The notes beneath the pieces were generated by a model. The model was not told where the DNA came from and made no database searches. It saw nothing but the letters and a program-made list of their open reading frames with translations. From Amoebidium appalachense (Eukaryota; Protista; Ichthyosporea): a stretch of 64,000 nucleotides of DNA. The stretch is from assembly GCA_963693365.1 (NCBI GenBank), contig CAVNZM010000018.1, positions 615,861 to 679,860 of the forward strand, read 5' to 3'. Position 1 is the first letter of the stretch. Each line of letters begins with the position of its first letter. Made by a program: the position numbers and the translations under genes. Below are positions 1 to 19,003 of this stretch, piece by piece.

Positions 1-565
1 GTATGCGTTTTTCGCAATATATAGGCCAACTTTCAAAGTTTGATTCGGATGCAGAACAATTGAGGCACAAGCGAGACTGAATGTGGGCAGTTACATGCAC
101 CGAGGGTCTAGAAGGAAACGCTAGGATGAGCTACTTAGTATACGTGGGAGAAAGAAGGAGCTCGGGGAAGAGTAGAGATGTGGTTTGTGTGCCACCGTTT
201 CCAAAACATATCCCTATTACACATACTGACAGTGATGACGTGTCACGTTCATGATACCTTTATTGTTGATTATAGTTGAAGCAACTTTTCGGTGTCTAAA
301 AAAACTTTACTAACTTATTGTTTGGCAGCTTACAAGTCTTAGCTAATCTCGCACCACCGTGATACCACACTGGCCGGGTGCCCAATGGATCACTGACAAA
401 TATCACAGTGTTTACATTACATTACTACCGAGTAATAATACATAAGCGAACGGTTGACACGTATTAAATAAAAAGTGCAAAGCGGCTCCCCGCCATCGAT
501 ATCAGTTACTTACGTACTACACGTGCACATGTACATGTAAACACATTGCATTATGAAACATGAAA

Positions 566-1276
566 TCACTTCTGACAGCAATAATCACTGCAGCACGCTC
601 CATCCGAGCCCTGCCAGAGCTTACACGCCTTTGTAGACCGTTTCTTCTTCCCACAATCCACACTCAGGCAAGACGCCTGCGAGCCTGGATTGTAGCAGCA
701 CGTCTTCGTGTCACACGCAAGCTTGGTGTTCCACGTGGCTCCATACTTGCAGCGCATACCTCCGCAGGTCTTGGGGTCGGGTTTGTAACCATTTGTACAC
801 GCGACCTGAGCGTCGTTACAGGGGATAAGGCTGTTCACCAGGTTCACGAACCCGGGCGGTGGGTAAGGTACTTTTTTGAGGACCAAGTTAATGTTCTTGC
901 CGAGAGAGGTATATGCCACACATCCCCCAACGGTGTTGGCGTAGTAAATGCTGGTACCGGCCGCGGGCACTGTGCATTTATCATCGAGCCATATGTGGGT
1001 GTCGTAATTTATTGAACCAATCGTTGATTCAGGTACGTATACCTGAGGGAACGTCATGTAGTGCTTGTTCCCCTTGTAGATTTTAGACAGGGCAAAACAA
1101 GCATTTGACGCAATGGTCACACACTGCCCCACCGGCGCGAACTGACCCCCGGGGCAATCGCAAACAAGTCTGTCTTGCTGATACACTTGCGGCAACTGTG
1201 CTGCTGTGAAGCCAGCCCAGCAGCTCAAGGCGGCCAGGAGCGTGCCCAGCTCAAACACGTTCTTGAGAATTGTCAT
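566..1276 (-). CDS. Intronless secreted cysteine-rich protein (236 aa), family unknown
   Basis: Clean ORF. N-terminal hydrophobic signal peptide (LGTLLAALSCWAGFTAA-Q). 21 Cys, with C-terminal C-x4-C...CC modules. TATA box about 70 nt upstream. Confidence 0.8.
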   Translation of the reverse strand: MTILKNVFELGTLLAALSCWAGFTAAQLPQVYQQDRLVCDCPGGQFAPVGQCVTIASNACFALSKIYKGNKHYMTFPQVYVPESTIGSINYDTHIWLDDKCTVPAAGTSIYYANTVGGCVAYTSLGKNINLVLKKVPYPPPGFVNLVNSLIPCNDAQVACTNGYKPDPKTCGGMRCKYGATWNTKLACDTKTCCYNPGSQASCLSVDCGKKKRSTKACKLWQGSDGACCSDYCCQK

Positions 1277-1343
1277 GTTGGAGAATAATGAAAGTATACG
1301 TTGCCTATAACGCTGACGTGGCTGGACTGACTGAGCTCGAAGG

Positions 1344-1353
1344 TTTTATATAG
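1344..1353 (-). promoter_or_regulatory. TATA box (CTATATAAAA) of the Cys-rich protein gene
   Basis: Plus-strand ttttatatag at 1344-1353, about 70 nt upstream of the ATG at 1276. Confidence 0.55.
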
Positions 1354-2067
1354 TGAATTTTAATTTGGAATGTGTGTGGAATTCGGTTATATATCCTCCG
1401 GAATGCTCAGGTACTAGGTGCTCATGGCAGCGTAATCCCCTCTACAGCCGACCGTAAGTTTCCCCTGTGATCATTGCCTACAGCTCAGCTTACGTGGTTT
1501 ATGCATGTACATGAATACTTAAGTAATTTTCCTTTATGCCTTATTCAGGTGCAGTCATAGTAATGATATGAGCACACCGGCCGTATGATATGAGCCGTGA
1601 GCTACCTGTGACACTCACGGTAACGTTGTCACAACGGTGTGTCATACATACGTATACGGCGCTCATAGCTCTCAGATCCGCGGCACAGCCTGCCGCACGG
1701 GGCGTCATCAGTATGTAGGAACCTAGTGGCCCGAACTGATTTACCTATGTTGTTTTTTTTCAACTCCTCCATCTGAATTATTATGGTCACGTCTGGTCAC
1801 CATTACATCAACATGTACAAACAATGTTCGAAGATCTATCTCCCCTGGAATGCATGTGGAATGCTCTTGTACCTACATATCAACCAAGTAAGATTTGGCC
1901 TGAGTATAGCTCAGCTTGCGTAATGAATATCATAATAGGCCTCCACATTAATATAGGAAGTACTATTATACCACGTGTATCTGAATGCCTGCATGTGCAC
2001 GGCGTATATGCGCTCGCGATATTTTCTCGCGATATGGGTGTGCAAGCTTTATAAGTGCCGCAGAATA

Positions 2068-2113
2068 CTCAGGAGCACGGCCCTCTGGTGTTCCAGAGGG
2101 CCGTGCTCAGGAG
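2068..2113. mobile_element. 30-bp TIR-only insertion (2076-2105) flanked by an 8-bp direct repeat; hAT-like micro-MITE
   Basis: CACGGCCCTCTGG-tgtt-CCAGAGGGCCGTG is a perfect 13-bp inverted repeat. CTCAGGAG occurs at 2068-2075 and 2106-2113. An 8-bp TSD and CA..TG ends are typical of hAT elements. Confidence 0.6.
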
Positions 2114-3461
2114 TCAGGACATAAACTTGCAAGTTCATGATTGGTCGCCGTGTTGGGCCTGTTGGCTGTAGAAACTGGCTGTTTTTCACAAAACATAACA
2201 CTTTAACTAAAATACTCTGATAGGGAATTCCAAAATAGATATATATTAAATTTTAAACTTGAACATTACTCACCTTCAAATTTGGAGCTAAATTTAAAAC
2301 AGTGAACACAGCTACACCATGGCCAGGTACGTACTGTACATACGTATGTACTGACCAATTGAGAAATTTAACCGGAAAGCAGCATACATAATTTTATGAA
2401 CGAGCTATAAATAAACGCAAACTATATAAACAATTTTATGCTCTCGCAAGTTGATGCATGTGGACTCAAGATCTATATAGATATATGAGTACATATGTTT
2501 GTCATGATAATCACCGTGCACATGTGACATGTGCACGCGGGAGTAGGCTACGGTATCAAGCTGGCCTCACGAGTACTAAAGTGCACTGATGGGAAACTCA
2601 CTGTGACCACCCTGGCCATCATGAATGGGGGCACACGTGGGGTATGTGGTGGTGCACATGGGTGAATACACAAAAGTGCAAGCCCCCGGGCCTCAAAAAA
2701 GTACCCCATCAGCCTCGTGGAACGGCGCTGTATAGCTCCCTGGTATACGTACATTGGCCCTCTGTGTATGTGATCACGGCATGACCATGATCCCTCCCTC
2801 TCTGAAAGTTTTTGCAATAGGGGAGGGGGACCGTCGGCGGGGTGGGGCCAAGGGGATCCATCTCGAGGGAGCCTCCGAGAGGAGAGGAGCGGGGGGGGGG
2901 GCCGGGGGTGGGGGGGGCTGAGAGGAGCCCGGGGGGGGGGGGGGGGGGGGGGGGGAGGGGGTCCTGTTTGCGCCAAAGACTAGCTGTTATCCAATCAAAG
3001 ATCGCCAACTGGGAGGCTCAAAGTTTTACGCAAAACAACAGATCTAATCAAAGGCTGTTGCAACTTGAACAACTCGAGCTCGGATAACAATTGTACAACT
3101 TGGGGGACATGTACAGGGTCTGCCAGTGACTCCACGGAATGATATTGTAGAGTGCGCGTAGTTTTATCAGCAAAGAGCCCATCATTTTTGTGACCATAAT
3201 CAGTAAACGCTATGTTGAGCCTTTTCAGCTTTTGAACGTCATGTAACTGTAACTGCGTGAGGTTGGTTTCCTTTTTAAACCAACACATCTCGCTATAGCA
3301 CGTTCACACTCACACCCACACTTCCACCAAGCAAAGCATCACTATGGCTAGCCCCTTGGCTCGCCAGCCGGGCTTATCTCGGGGTCCGCCAACAACAACA
3401 GTGACTCCACAGCTGTTGACTGTAAGGAAGCGAGCAATAGGTGTGCTGCTACCCCCTCCCC

Positions 3462-3495
<34 letters not shown>

Positions 3496-3648
3496 TTGCC
3501 CACTCGATACCACCCCGCAAGAAGCCTCCCTGATGATAGGCTCTATTCCAGTGTTGCTTGATTTGCTTGAGTTATCCTCTTACTGTTGATCGGGTTTATC
3601 TTTCTCTTCATTACATTCCTCTAGCATTTCAGAATTTTTTTTTTTTGT

Positions 3649-3687
<39 letters not shown>

Positions 3688-4600
3688 GGGGGCGTGCCAC
3701 CCCTCCCCCACCCCGTCAACCCTTCATCTCTCGCATGCATACGTGACCTCTGTCACTCCCACCACTGCCTCCCCCTCCGGAGGGGGAGAGGGGGGGGGGG
3801 GGGGGGGGGAAAGCCTGCCTCACTCTCCTTGCTCTCAACTCCGCCCCATTCACCCTCACCCTCCATACACACAATCCCTTCTCCACTCACATGATTACAC
3901 CTCACTCTTTCTTATTTTTCTGTTTTCAGATGTGCTCGTTTCACATTTCTTCACTATTAGAGTGCTGGTCAGTGCATGGTACCTAAGATGTTTTTTTTCG
4001 TGCTGTGTGTTTCATGCACACACATGCATAACTACGCTTGTGCCTGCGCTCGTACGTACATAAAGCACTCTCGCCTGTACTTGCATTCCTGTCTTACGTC
4101 CACACATGCCGTTGAGCTCATTCTAAAGCGTGAATCAACACTAATGCACCCAACAAAAAAGAGAAATTGCTCAGAAAGATTACTCTGACGTTTGTTTGAC
4201 GGCTGGCTTGAGTGGTTGGTGTGAAGTTGTCTGCCAGGACTGATAGTTGGTCTTGGGAGCTAGGTCGTTTGCTCCTCCTATTTACAAACAGCTTTGGTTT
4301 ACTCAACCGATGACTGCTTCGTTTTTCTGGTCGATTGAAAGACCGTTCTTGGTAGGTAACGGTTCGTCGGTAAAACCTACCGTCAAGTACCATATTGTGG
4401 TTCCGAAGGGGGGTTTAGAGATTTCAAAAGTCTGGCTATCCTCCCCTTACAAGCCTTATACTTTACTGCCAGTACCTGCAAACGTAAAAACGAAGTCTGT
4501 TTTGAATTTTCTGTCCTGTTTTTCGATTAGAGCTTTGTATGCTACTTATATGTCAATAGGTGCAATTCTGTACAGCCCCCCCCCCCCCCCCCCCCCCCAA

Positions 4601-5030
<430 letters not shown>

Positions 5031-5138
5031 CCATTCCCATTTTCTGCCACCTGCATCAATCAAACTCCTCCTCCCCGTTGCCTATCGCGCATCCTATTGA
5101 TTCGTTTCTTTTCTTCTCCTGACACCTTATCAATACAG

Positions 5139-10328
<5,190 letters not shown>

Positions 10329-10504
10329 GTGCCGGGTGGGTGTAGAATGTTGCGTTTTTATTCACATGTGCGCTCATGATCATATAGGTGTCATACACAC
10401 ACACGCGCGCGCCAACGCAAGCACACACACACACGTGCGCACACATACAGACGCACGCACGCTGACACAGGCGCACACGCACAGGCACACACGCACACAC
10501 GCGC

Positions 10505-10549
<45 letters not shown>

Positions 10550-11414
10550 CACGCACACACACACACGCACACACGCACACACGCACACACACACACACGC
10601 ACACACACACCAGTATGCTAGTTGGGCATGGCAAGCAGGACATTAAGGGAGCTTGTTCTTCCACCTTGTTGAATGCTTATGTGCTCAGTTTGCAGCTTTT
10701 TTTTCTCATGTCGTTGAGATGCTAAACACGATATCCATCTCCTACCCTTCTCGGATCTTCTTCTCTTTCCCCTCCGTTTTGCATGGCAAGCCATTATATG
10801 ACCACTTCTTCTCTTCCCCTTGTTTCTCTCATGGGAATGCCCCTACATTACCCCCCCCCCCCCCCCCCTTTTTTTTTTTTTTTTTTTAATTATTGGGGGG
10901 GGGGGGGGGGGGGGGGTCTGACTGATATTTGCTTTTAGTCGAATGCACACACCTGGAAATCCGATTATGAGTTATCTGCGAAGGTTTAAGCAATGTCAGT
11001 CTGCTGGTGTATATAGTATTCGATCAATATCATATTTTTTGTGTTTGTCATTGTATACGTATACACCGCTATGTAGTGCTAGCATAAATGAAATGGGAAT
11101 ATAGCTCAGCACTGTAGTGTGTGCCGGTGCACATGTGTAAAACAACTGTACTTAAGGGATCACCATGTGTAAATAGTCGCACGTGAAATACTGTACTGCA
11201 TCTTTTTGATTTATAACCTTTGGTGCAAACACCAGTACACTAATCATGCATTTAGCACCACAATATAAGTGTCCTGGGTTCCCCCCATTCATTATTACTA
11301 CATACCTGGAGCTAGTTCAAGCCTCACATCCCATCATCCCCTCCCTCCCTCCCTACATACCACAGACGATTGCCAACGAAAATTACCCCCCCCCCCCCCC
11401 CCCCCGGCCGGCCG

Positions 11415-11869
11415 CGAGCCCCACCCACCCGGGTGACCCACCACCCACCCACCCACCCTTTGCATGCAGGAAAAACGTTACTCTCTTAAACCCTTTGGTC
11501 AGAAAATCATGCCACCACCCTGCCTTCTGGTGACATGAGTTTCCCTTAATTCGAAACCCACCGGTTGGCAATGCAGTGTGAATCATTGGGTGGGGTCGGG
11601 AGACGGAGGGGACGGGGTAATGAGCATGAAGAGAACATACGACGATGCATTCCCCCCCCCCCCCCAAAGGCTCTCTCTCCCTAGACTGTAAGACTCTCTC
11701 TATCCCTTTGTGTCACTCTATTTCCATCTCTCTCTTTTACCCCCCCCCCCTCCCCCCCCCCCCCGGCCCCGCGGAGAGCCTGAGACTTCTCCCTCGAGCT
11801 TCCTCTGTCCCTCCCCCCCCCCCCCCCCCCCCCCCCCCGCCCGCCTCTCTCTCTTCCCCCCCCCCCCCT

Positions 11870-11916
<47 letters not shown>

Positions 11917-12373
11917 CCGCCCCGCCCCGGGGGCGGGGAGTCCACCCACCCGGGTCACCCACCCACCCACCCACCCACCCTTTGCATGCAGGAAAAACGT
12001 TATTCTCTTAAACCTTTTGGTCAGAAAATCATGCCACCACCCTGCCTTCTGGTGACATGAGTTCCCTTAATTCGAAACCCAACGATTGGCAATGCAGTGT
12101 GAATTATTGGGTGGGGTCGGAGCCGGAGGGGACGGGGTAATGAGCATGAAGAGAACATACGACGATGCATTCCCCCCCCCCCCCAAAGGCTCTCTCTCCC
12201 TAGACCGTAAGACTCTCTCTCTCCCTTTGTGTAATTTATTTCCATCTCTCTTCCCCCCCCCCCCCCCCCCCCGGGCCCCGCGGAGAGCCCGAGACTTCTC
12301 TCTCGAGCTTCCTCTGTCCCCCCCCCCCCCCCCCCCCCCCCCCCGCCTCTCGCTCTTCCCCCCTATCCCTCGA

Positions 12374-12429
<56 letters not shown>

Positions 12430-12430
12430 C
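11415..12430. repeat. Two-copy tandem duplication, period about 520 bp
   Basis: Block ttgcatgcaggaaaaacgtta...gacgatgcatt at about 11460-11651 and 11982-12171, followed by matching C-rich sequence; a few substitutions. Confidence 0.9.
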
Positions 12431-12873
12431 GGCCCCGCACCTTCCCCTCGAGACTCCCCTCTCTGTGTCTCTCTCTCTGTCCTTCTCTCCCCGATGCTCT
12501 CGATGGATGCACATAAAACACACAAACTTCAAAAGCGCAACCAGACAAAAATAAATGCATAAGCACGCACACACACACGCACACATGCCTGCCCGCCCGC
12601 GCCGGCCCGCGCACTCTTCCGCCCGTCCACCTGCCCGCAGGGGCATACACACCCGCACAGACTAGTTTCGGTATCAGGGAATAAAGGGAGTGAGGGCTAA
12701 ACACAGTAAGTCAAATTTAGCCCTCTTGAGCTTCGATACATCAATACTGCAAGAAATTCCGCCCCACTAGGTTAGGTAGGCGGCAAAGGCAGGAACCATA
12801 TCAATCTGTACCACGGCCATCTAGAGACTCGCGAGGACGCAACACAAATAGAGTCCATTTGTGGGGGGGCGGG

Positions 12874-12909
<36 letters not shown>

Positions 12910-12911
<2 letters not shown>

Positions 12912-13270
12912 TGATGGACTCCCTCCGCTGTAGATGCATCTATCCGGCCGCCATGACGGGTTTGATGCCACACCCAATCCCTCAGGAAGGGCTGGGGAGG
13001 GCACGTGCCAGCCTCGACAGAGTCCTCATGATCCGCTATGCAATCAATGTACCGTGCAACGAATGGCTGTTGCAGCTTGGCAAGATCTGTAGACCAAGAT
13101 TTGTTTTCCTTAATGACTTTTTTATTCACCCCATCTGGGTTGTTTGTTGAACCCGCTGCAGCCAAAAGACAAAAGGCGAGGATAACATGAACGAGAATCC
13201 TCAGCAAAGCCCAATGGCCTGCCCACGTCCAATGCGGACGCGAGCATGTTTGTAACCCATGCTCACACAA
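12910..13270 (-). CDS. Possible coding exon of an unknown membrane/secreted protein
   Basis: Open frame with normal complexity and a hydrophobic segment (WALLRILVHVILAFCLLAAAG). No in-frame ATG, splice partners or recognisable domain found. Confidence 0.3.
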
Positions 13271-13573
13271 AATATGTACTATCAGTTATGATCAAGCATT
13301 AAAGGGTGTTGTCTGTTTTTATATGAGCCTACTGCAATATGATAAGGATGCTAGCGCTGTGTCACACCTGTCAACTGCCAGTCCAGGCTGTGACTGCCCG
13401 TTCAAGTAGGCTTAGCCCGCCTTTCGAGTTTATTCCTCGAATCAGACGCCACCAACGATGAGCCACAAGAAAACGGGTCAGAAACGATTCGAGCTGATTC
13501 GACCCATAATAGTTCGAACCGACCCATTTATGCCCCAAATAAATTTGGCACCAAATAATTTGGCACGAACCTG

Positions 13574-13734
13574 GTGACGTAAAATGTGGCACGAATTTAT
13601 TTGGCACCAGCCCGCTAGCGGAGCACATCCAGGGGTATCCCCAAGCCCCTGTCGGTGCCTGGGCGACATCCTGCCCCATTTTCACCGTTTTGCAGGCTCG
13701 TGCCAAATAAATTTCGTGCCAAATATTACGTCAC
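13574..13734. mobile_element. MITE-like element with about 42-bp imperfect terminal inverted repeats
   Basis: gtgacgtaaaatgtggcacgaatttatttggcaccagcccgc (13574-13615) pairs with gcaggctcgtgccaaataaatttcgtgccaaatattacgtcac (13692-13734). Extra atttggcac units lie just upstream at 13535-13567. Confidence 0.65.
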
Positions 13735-14584
13735 ACCCTAGGAGCTTGGGAATTGAGGGTAGCAACCCCACGCGATACGTACCCACGGTGAAAACAATTA
13801 CTTTCAGATCATCCGGTATCTGCATGGTGCTTTCTCATCCAATCATAAGTGTCGCTATGAATTCCAGCGTACATTCCGAAGCTGACCGTCATGATGCAAA
13901 CTGAGCATCATCATTCATCAATCATAATCAATTCGATGAGGCCGCCTTGAGGGTCGGCAACCCGAGGCCGTCAAAGAATTGCTGGCACATTTTTTACTCT
14001 CTAAAGAACCTTTTTTTTAGCACTATATATATTTACTAAACAAAATTTTAGAACTTCATTTGCTTGTATTTGTTACAAAATGAGCATTACCGACGGTTTG
14101 GAGGCGGGGTTTTCACGTTCATGATTGGCTCATATTCCGCTAATGAAAGGCAGCCCTGGCACAATCAGTAGATCTGGCCAATATGGTGCCTTCTAGTGTG
14201 ACTATATTTGGTTACCATTTGTTCATCTGATTGGATAAGGTTAAGAAGTTTATTGGTAGCCAATCATATCCTTCCGCGATCTGGGTGGTAATCCCTGGGG
14301 AAGGCAGCCTTGGTCGAACATATGACACCATGTGTGGGTGAGTCTGGAAGACCACATGGTCGCTCTGTTTGTTTTCTGAAGTAGCCAGCATGAGCCGCAC
14401 TTTTGGCCAGGGGTACATAAGCGATATGAGTCAGCCATGGCTTTGCAGAAAACAAAAACATAACCGGACGAAAACAAAAGACACGTACAATTTTGTTGTG
14501 TACACACGTACATATCCACTGCACCCCGAAGTTTCAAATCTAAATCTGAGCTACCTACCAAACTGTTGTTGAACAACCGTAGCC

Positions 14585-15220
14585 ATGCCGCCCTTCACTG
14601 GCGAACATCCGGCCCCTGGCCACATCGATGAAGCCCCCAGCGACATATATGTCTCAGAGGATATCACTTCCTGCCCGGCCGCCGAGTGGTCGCATCAATC
14701 CATTCCTACCACCCACAACGATCTTTGCGAGCTGAACATGAACAACCCCAATTGCAACACCTTGGTCACGGAGAACAAACAAACACCACCACATGCAGCC
14801 ACATCTACCACCACGGCAAATGAACCCAGTAGGAATGTGATGCTTTCAGACTCGTGCCCTGCCGATTTGTCAGAGCTTGCACTTGCACACAATCCAAACA
14901 GCAAGAAGACGTCAACACACGAAGCAGAGAGAGCTTTGACATGCATCCACACCGACACGGGCAAAACAAAAACAAATGGGAACAAGGCAGCGAGTGCAAC
15001 GGATGGTGGTGGGGACAGTGAGGAAGAATGCGAGGCACACGCAAGGTGGCAGCATGCGGCCTACCACATCACAACAGTCATGGTTGGTACCGGTGTCTTG
15101 GGCCTCCCTCAGGTATGTGTTTGGCTTCATAGCAACGTTTAACCACCGGCTAATATTAGTTTGTGCGCACAGTTGCTATTTTGCAATTGGCCCTGATACT
15201 TCTGTCCCCCCCTCCCTCCC

Positions 15221-15251
<31 letters not shown>

Positions 15252-15559
15252 AAAAAAAACTTTCACAAAAAAAGAACTCTGTATACCCTCGCCTCCGTCA
15301 AACTCCCTCACCCAAAACTCTATCCCCTCCAATCCAACCCCCCCCCCCCCCCCCCTTTCCCTTCCTCTACCCCCGCCTTGCAACCCCCCCCCCCCCCCCC
15401 CCCCCCACCCGACCACCCCACCCCTAACCCTCATCCCCCTATTTTGTAGGTCCTACTTTTTTCTGAGGCTAATTGCGTGCACCCCGTATTGGAAGGGTGG
15501 AGGCTGGCGTGGGTGGGGTTGGGGGGTTGGGGTGGTGCAGGGTGTGTGTCTGTGAGTGT

Positions 15560-15634
<75 letters not shown>

Positions 15635-17076
15635 TGTATGAATTGGTGGTGGGGGAGGGGGGATGGAAGAAGGGGGGGGGGGGGGGGGGGGGATCATTGA
15701 ATAAATGTATGTTATGTTTTTCCAGCAATAGCCACAGTATTAACCTTACAAACATTCTACAGGCCATGGCACAACTCACATGGATCCCGGGCCTTTTGGC
15801 CATTTTGGTCTCCTTCCTCGCCTCCTTCTACACCGCACACCTCCTGTGTTCGATGCACTACACCCACCCCGACCCGGAGTCCCGTCCACGCCGCCTTTCC
15901 ACATACCGCGCTCTCGGTGAATATGTACTCGGAAAACGAAACGCAAATCTGTTTGTTGTGCCGTTTCAATATGTAGTGCTGGTGGGCGTGTCTATAGTCT
16001 ATCTCATTGTATCCAGCGAGAATATTGGGTATATCTACGAGCACAACTGCGGGGATAACTGCGTGACGGTGAAACATCTCTTGTGGACGTCGGTGGTTGC
16101 GGGCATGCAACTTCTCCTGACCCTTTTCCCGTCTCTTGAAAGTATATCCATGGTTTCCGCCCTCGCCGCATTTATGTCTTTAGGCTACTGCTTCATTGCT
16201 GTCGCTCTGAGCTTCTACACAGGCCGCCAACCAACGACAGAATACGGTTTTGACAACACAGGCACCACCACAGATTCGATTTTTGCAGTATTTTCGGGTC
16301 TTTCGACCGTCGCTTTCGCTTTCGGAATGCACGCCATGCTTCCAGAAATTGTTGCAACCCTCGCAGAGTCCGACACGGAAGAAAATCCAAGTCAACCTTC
16401 CAAAGAAGGAAAATCACCTAAAATGGAAGGTGTGGCTTTACCAATTAAGGAAGGCGTCAAGGCAGTTTCATTCTCGTGGCTTCTAGCGGCAGTTCTATAT
16501 TTTTCCAGCGCGGTGGCAGGTTATTGGGCGCTTGGGCGTGAAGTGGCATCCGATGTCCTGTTGAGTATTGCGGACGCCAACAAATCGAGCACTGGTGTTC
16601 ACGCAATCGTCACGGTTGCTATGGTGATGGTTGTTGTGCACGTGGTCATAGCATACCAGGTGCTTTCCCTGCCCGTGCACGTGGCGCTGGAGCGGTTTGT
16701 GTGCAGGAGGTACCCGGCGATGCGTAAACAACGAAAATACGTGAGAATGTGTGTCAGATTCCTGTATGTTTCTTGTACTTGGTTTGTCGCTATCTCGCTT
16801 CCCTTTTTTGGAAATATTATGTCGTTTTTCGGTGCTGTTGGTATGACTCCTATAACGTTTATTCTTCCTTGTGTTCTATTCTTGAAGTATGTTTCGTTGG
16901 GGTATGGTTCTGAGGACGAAAAGGGTACGAAAGAATCTGGTTTGAGTGTCGCAATGTGGGAGAGATGGCTTCCGTATATGGTTATTTCTTTGTTTTCTTT
17001 GATTGGTGTGGTTGGGTGTGTGGGGTCTCTGTATCAGATAGTGCAGTCCAGCGATAAATTTAGTCTCTTCAGTTAA
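14585..17076 (+). CDS. Amino acid permease, AAAP/Aa_trans family, LHT/ProT-like. Exons 14585-15112 and 15763-17076 (about 613 aa)
   Basis: Spliced motif WQHAAYHITTVMVGTGVLGLPQ|AMAQLTWIPG; also AFAFGMHAMLPEI, GYWALG and LPFFGNIMSFFGAVGMTPITFILPC. Multiple TM segments; canonical phase-0 intron. Confidence 0.92.
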
Positions 17077-17344
17077 CCTGTGGTAGGTTACAAGGAGATT
17101 AATGTAATTGCCAAAATATTGAAATAATCCGAATCTCTATGTATAGAATGGAGTTCATTGAACTTCGCCCGAGACTCTTGAGTATTGAACGTAAAAATGA
17201 TGTGGATTTTGTACTGTACAGTATATTGAATCTCAAGATATTCGGGGCTGTAAATCGAAAATAAATGATGAGAGTCCAAAGGCCCAACTTCTGACCGTCC
17301 GAGTTACTAATAGCACATTCTGACAGGGGCTGGAGGGTTTTTCA

Positions 17345-17422
<78 letters not shown>

Positions 17423-17738
17423 GAGGAGTAACCAAAAGCAGAGGGGGGAGAGTGGGGAGGGGCGAACCGTTGGGGGGAGGGTTATCTGGAGACAAGGATG
17501 GAAAGCTGGAGGTGGGGAGAGGGGGAGGGGGGAGGGGGAGGAGGGGTCAAAAAAGCATGAACGGGATTCAAGACAGTGATAACGAGTGCACTACATGCCG
17601 CAGTGATGCAATCTTTCGCGTGGCTTCACCCCCCCTCCCCCTCCCCCCCCCTCCCTCCCCATTTTCTCTACCTGCACACCTGCACCCGTGCCTGCAGCAC
17701 ACGCAGATGCACACACACACACATGTACACACACACAC

Positions 17739-17795
<57 letters not shown>

Positions 17796-17846
17796 GAAGC
17801 CTGCATACACGAACACAAGACACAGATGCAGGCACACGTACGCACG

Positions 17847-17886
<40 letters not shown>

Positions 17887-18293
17887 ACTTTTTTCCCATC
17901 TACAGGTCTATGCACATGCACACCATGAAATTGTTTTACCAAATAAAGTGAACAAAAACAAATCGGTGTGACACCCGATGATCATGTATTTAATACGCAT
18001 ATCACTCCTAGGCCTACTCCTTTATCCTTGTAGCACCTTCCCCCATACGCGTACCGCTCATCCCATATCCATAGGACTCGTTCAAGTTTGTATGTTTTGA
18101 TTGATTTTTGTGGCCAAAAACCACATTGCATAACCGCATTGGTGTGGTCCGTAGCCAAGAAAATTTCTAAGTACTGTTTCTTTACAGTACTTGGCCGGTT
18201 TCATACCTTGGAATACCCATTTGTGGGTGGGTGTGCCTTGCCTTCGCCTTGGAGCTTGGAGTTCCACCAGAAAACGCACTGCATTCTCAGAAG

Positions 18294-18330
<37 letters not shown>

Positions 18331-18504
18331 TTCAACTCCTCCCCCTTCCCCCCCCCCCCCCCCCCCCCCTCTTCCCGCCTCCCTCCCCTCCCGCCCCGCC
18401 CGCTTGCCTGCCTGTCCGATTCGTTCTTTCTGTAACTTCGTTCATCATCCATTGCAACAACATGGCAACCACTGCGATAGGGCACGTAGGGCCTCCCCCA
18501 CCCG

Positions 18505-18561
<57 letters not shown>

Positions 18562-18964
18562 TTCCCCTGCCGCCCTGGCCCACCCATCCACCCAGTCACT
18601 CCGTAATACGTTCCTCTCTCTCGCCTATTCACTTTCCCTACCACTGTACAAGCTCTAATGCCTGGTTATCCGTGGATATTAAATGCAAGTACCCCCCTCC
18701 CCACCCTCCCCCCTCCCTTCCCTCTCCCCCACCTCCCCCCCCCCCCCCTCCCCACCTCCCCCTCCCCACTCTTCCTCCCACCATTTCCTCTCTGCATGCA
18801 CTCCGCACACATACACGCAAAAAAAAAAAAAAGAAAAGAAATGCTATTACTAGCAAGGAACATCTAAGCAAACGACTCAACAAATACAACACTGTACAGT
18901 ATACACATTACTCGAAACCCAAGGGAGCAAGTGGCTCAATAGACTTGAACCGATTGCCAACCCG

Positions 18965-19003
<39 letters not shown>

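Noticed and set aside
560-1015. Plus-strand 151-aa ORF, and likewise 21397-21804
   Set aside because: Antisense shadows of real genes on the opposite strand.
2960-3300. Minus-strand broken frame (LYMSPKLYNCYPSSSCSSC) faintly resembling a LINE C-terminal zinc-finger region
   Set aside because: Multiple stops, the conserved His is missing, and no RT motifs are nearby.
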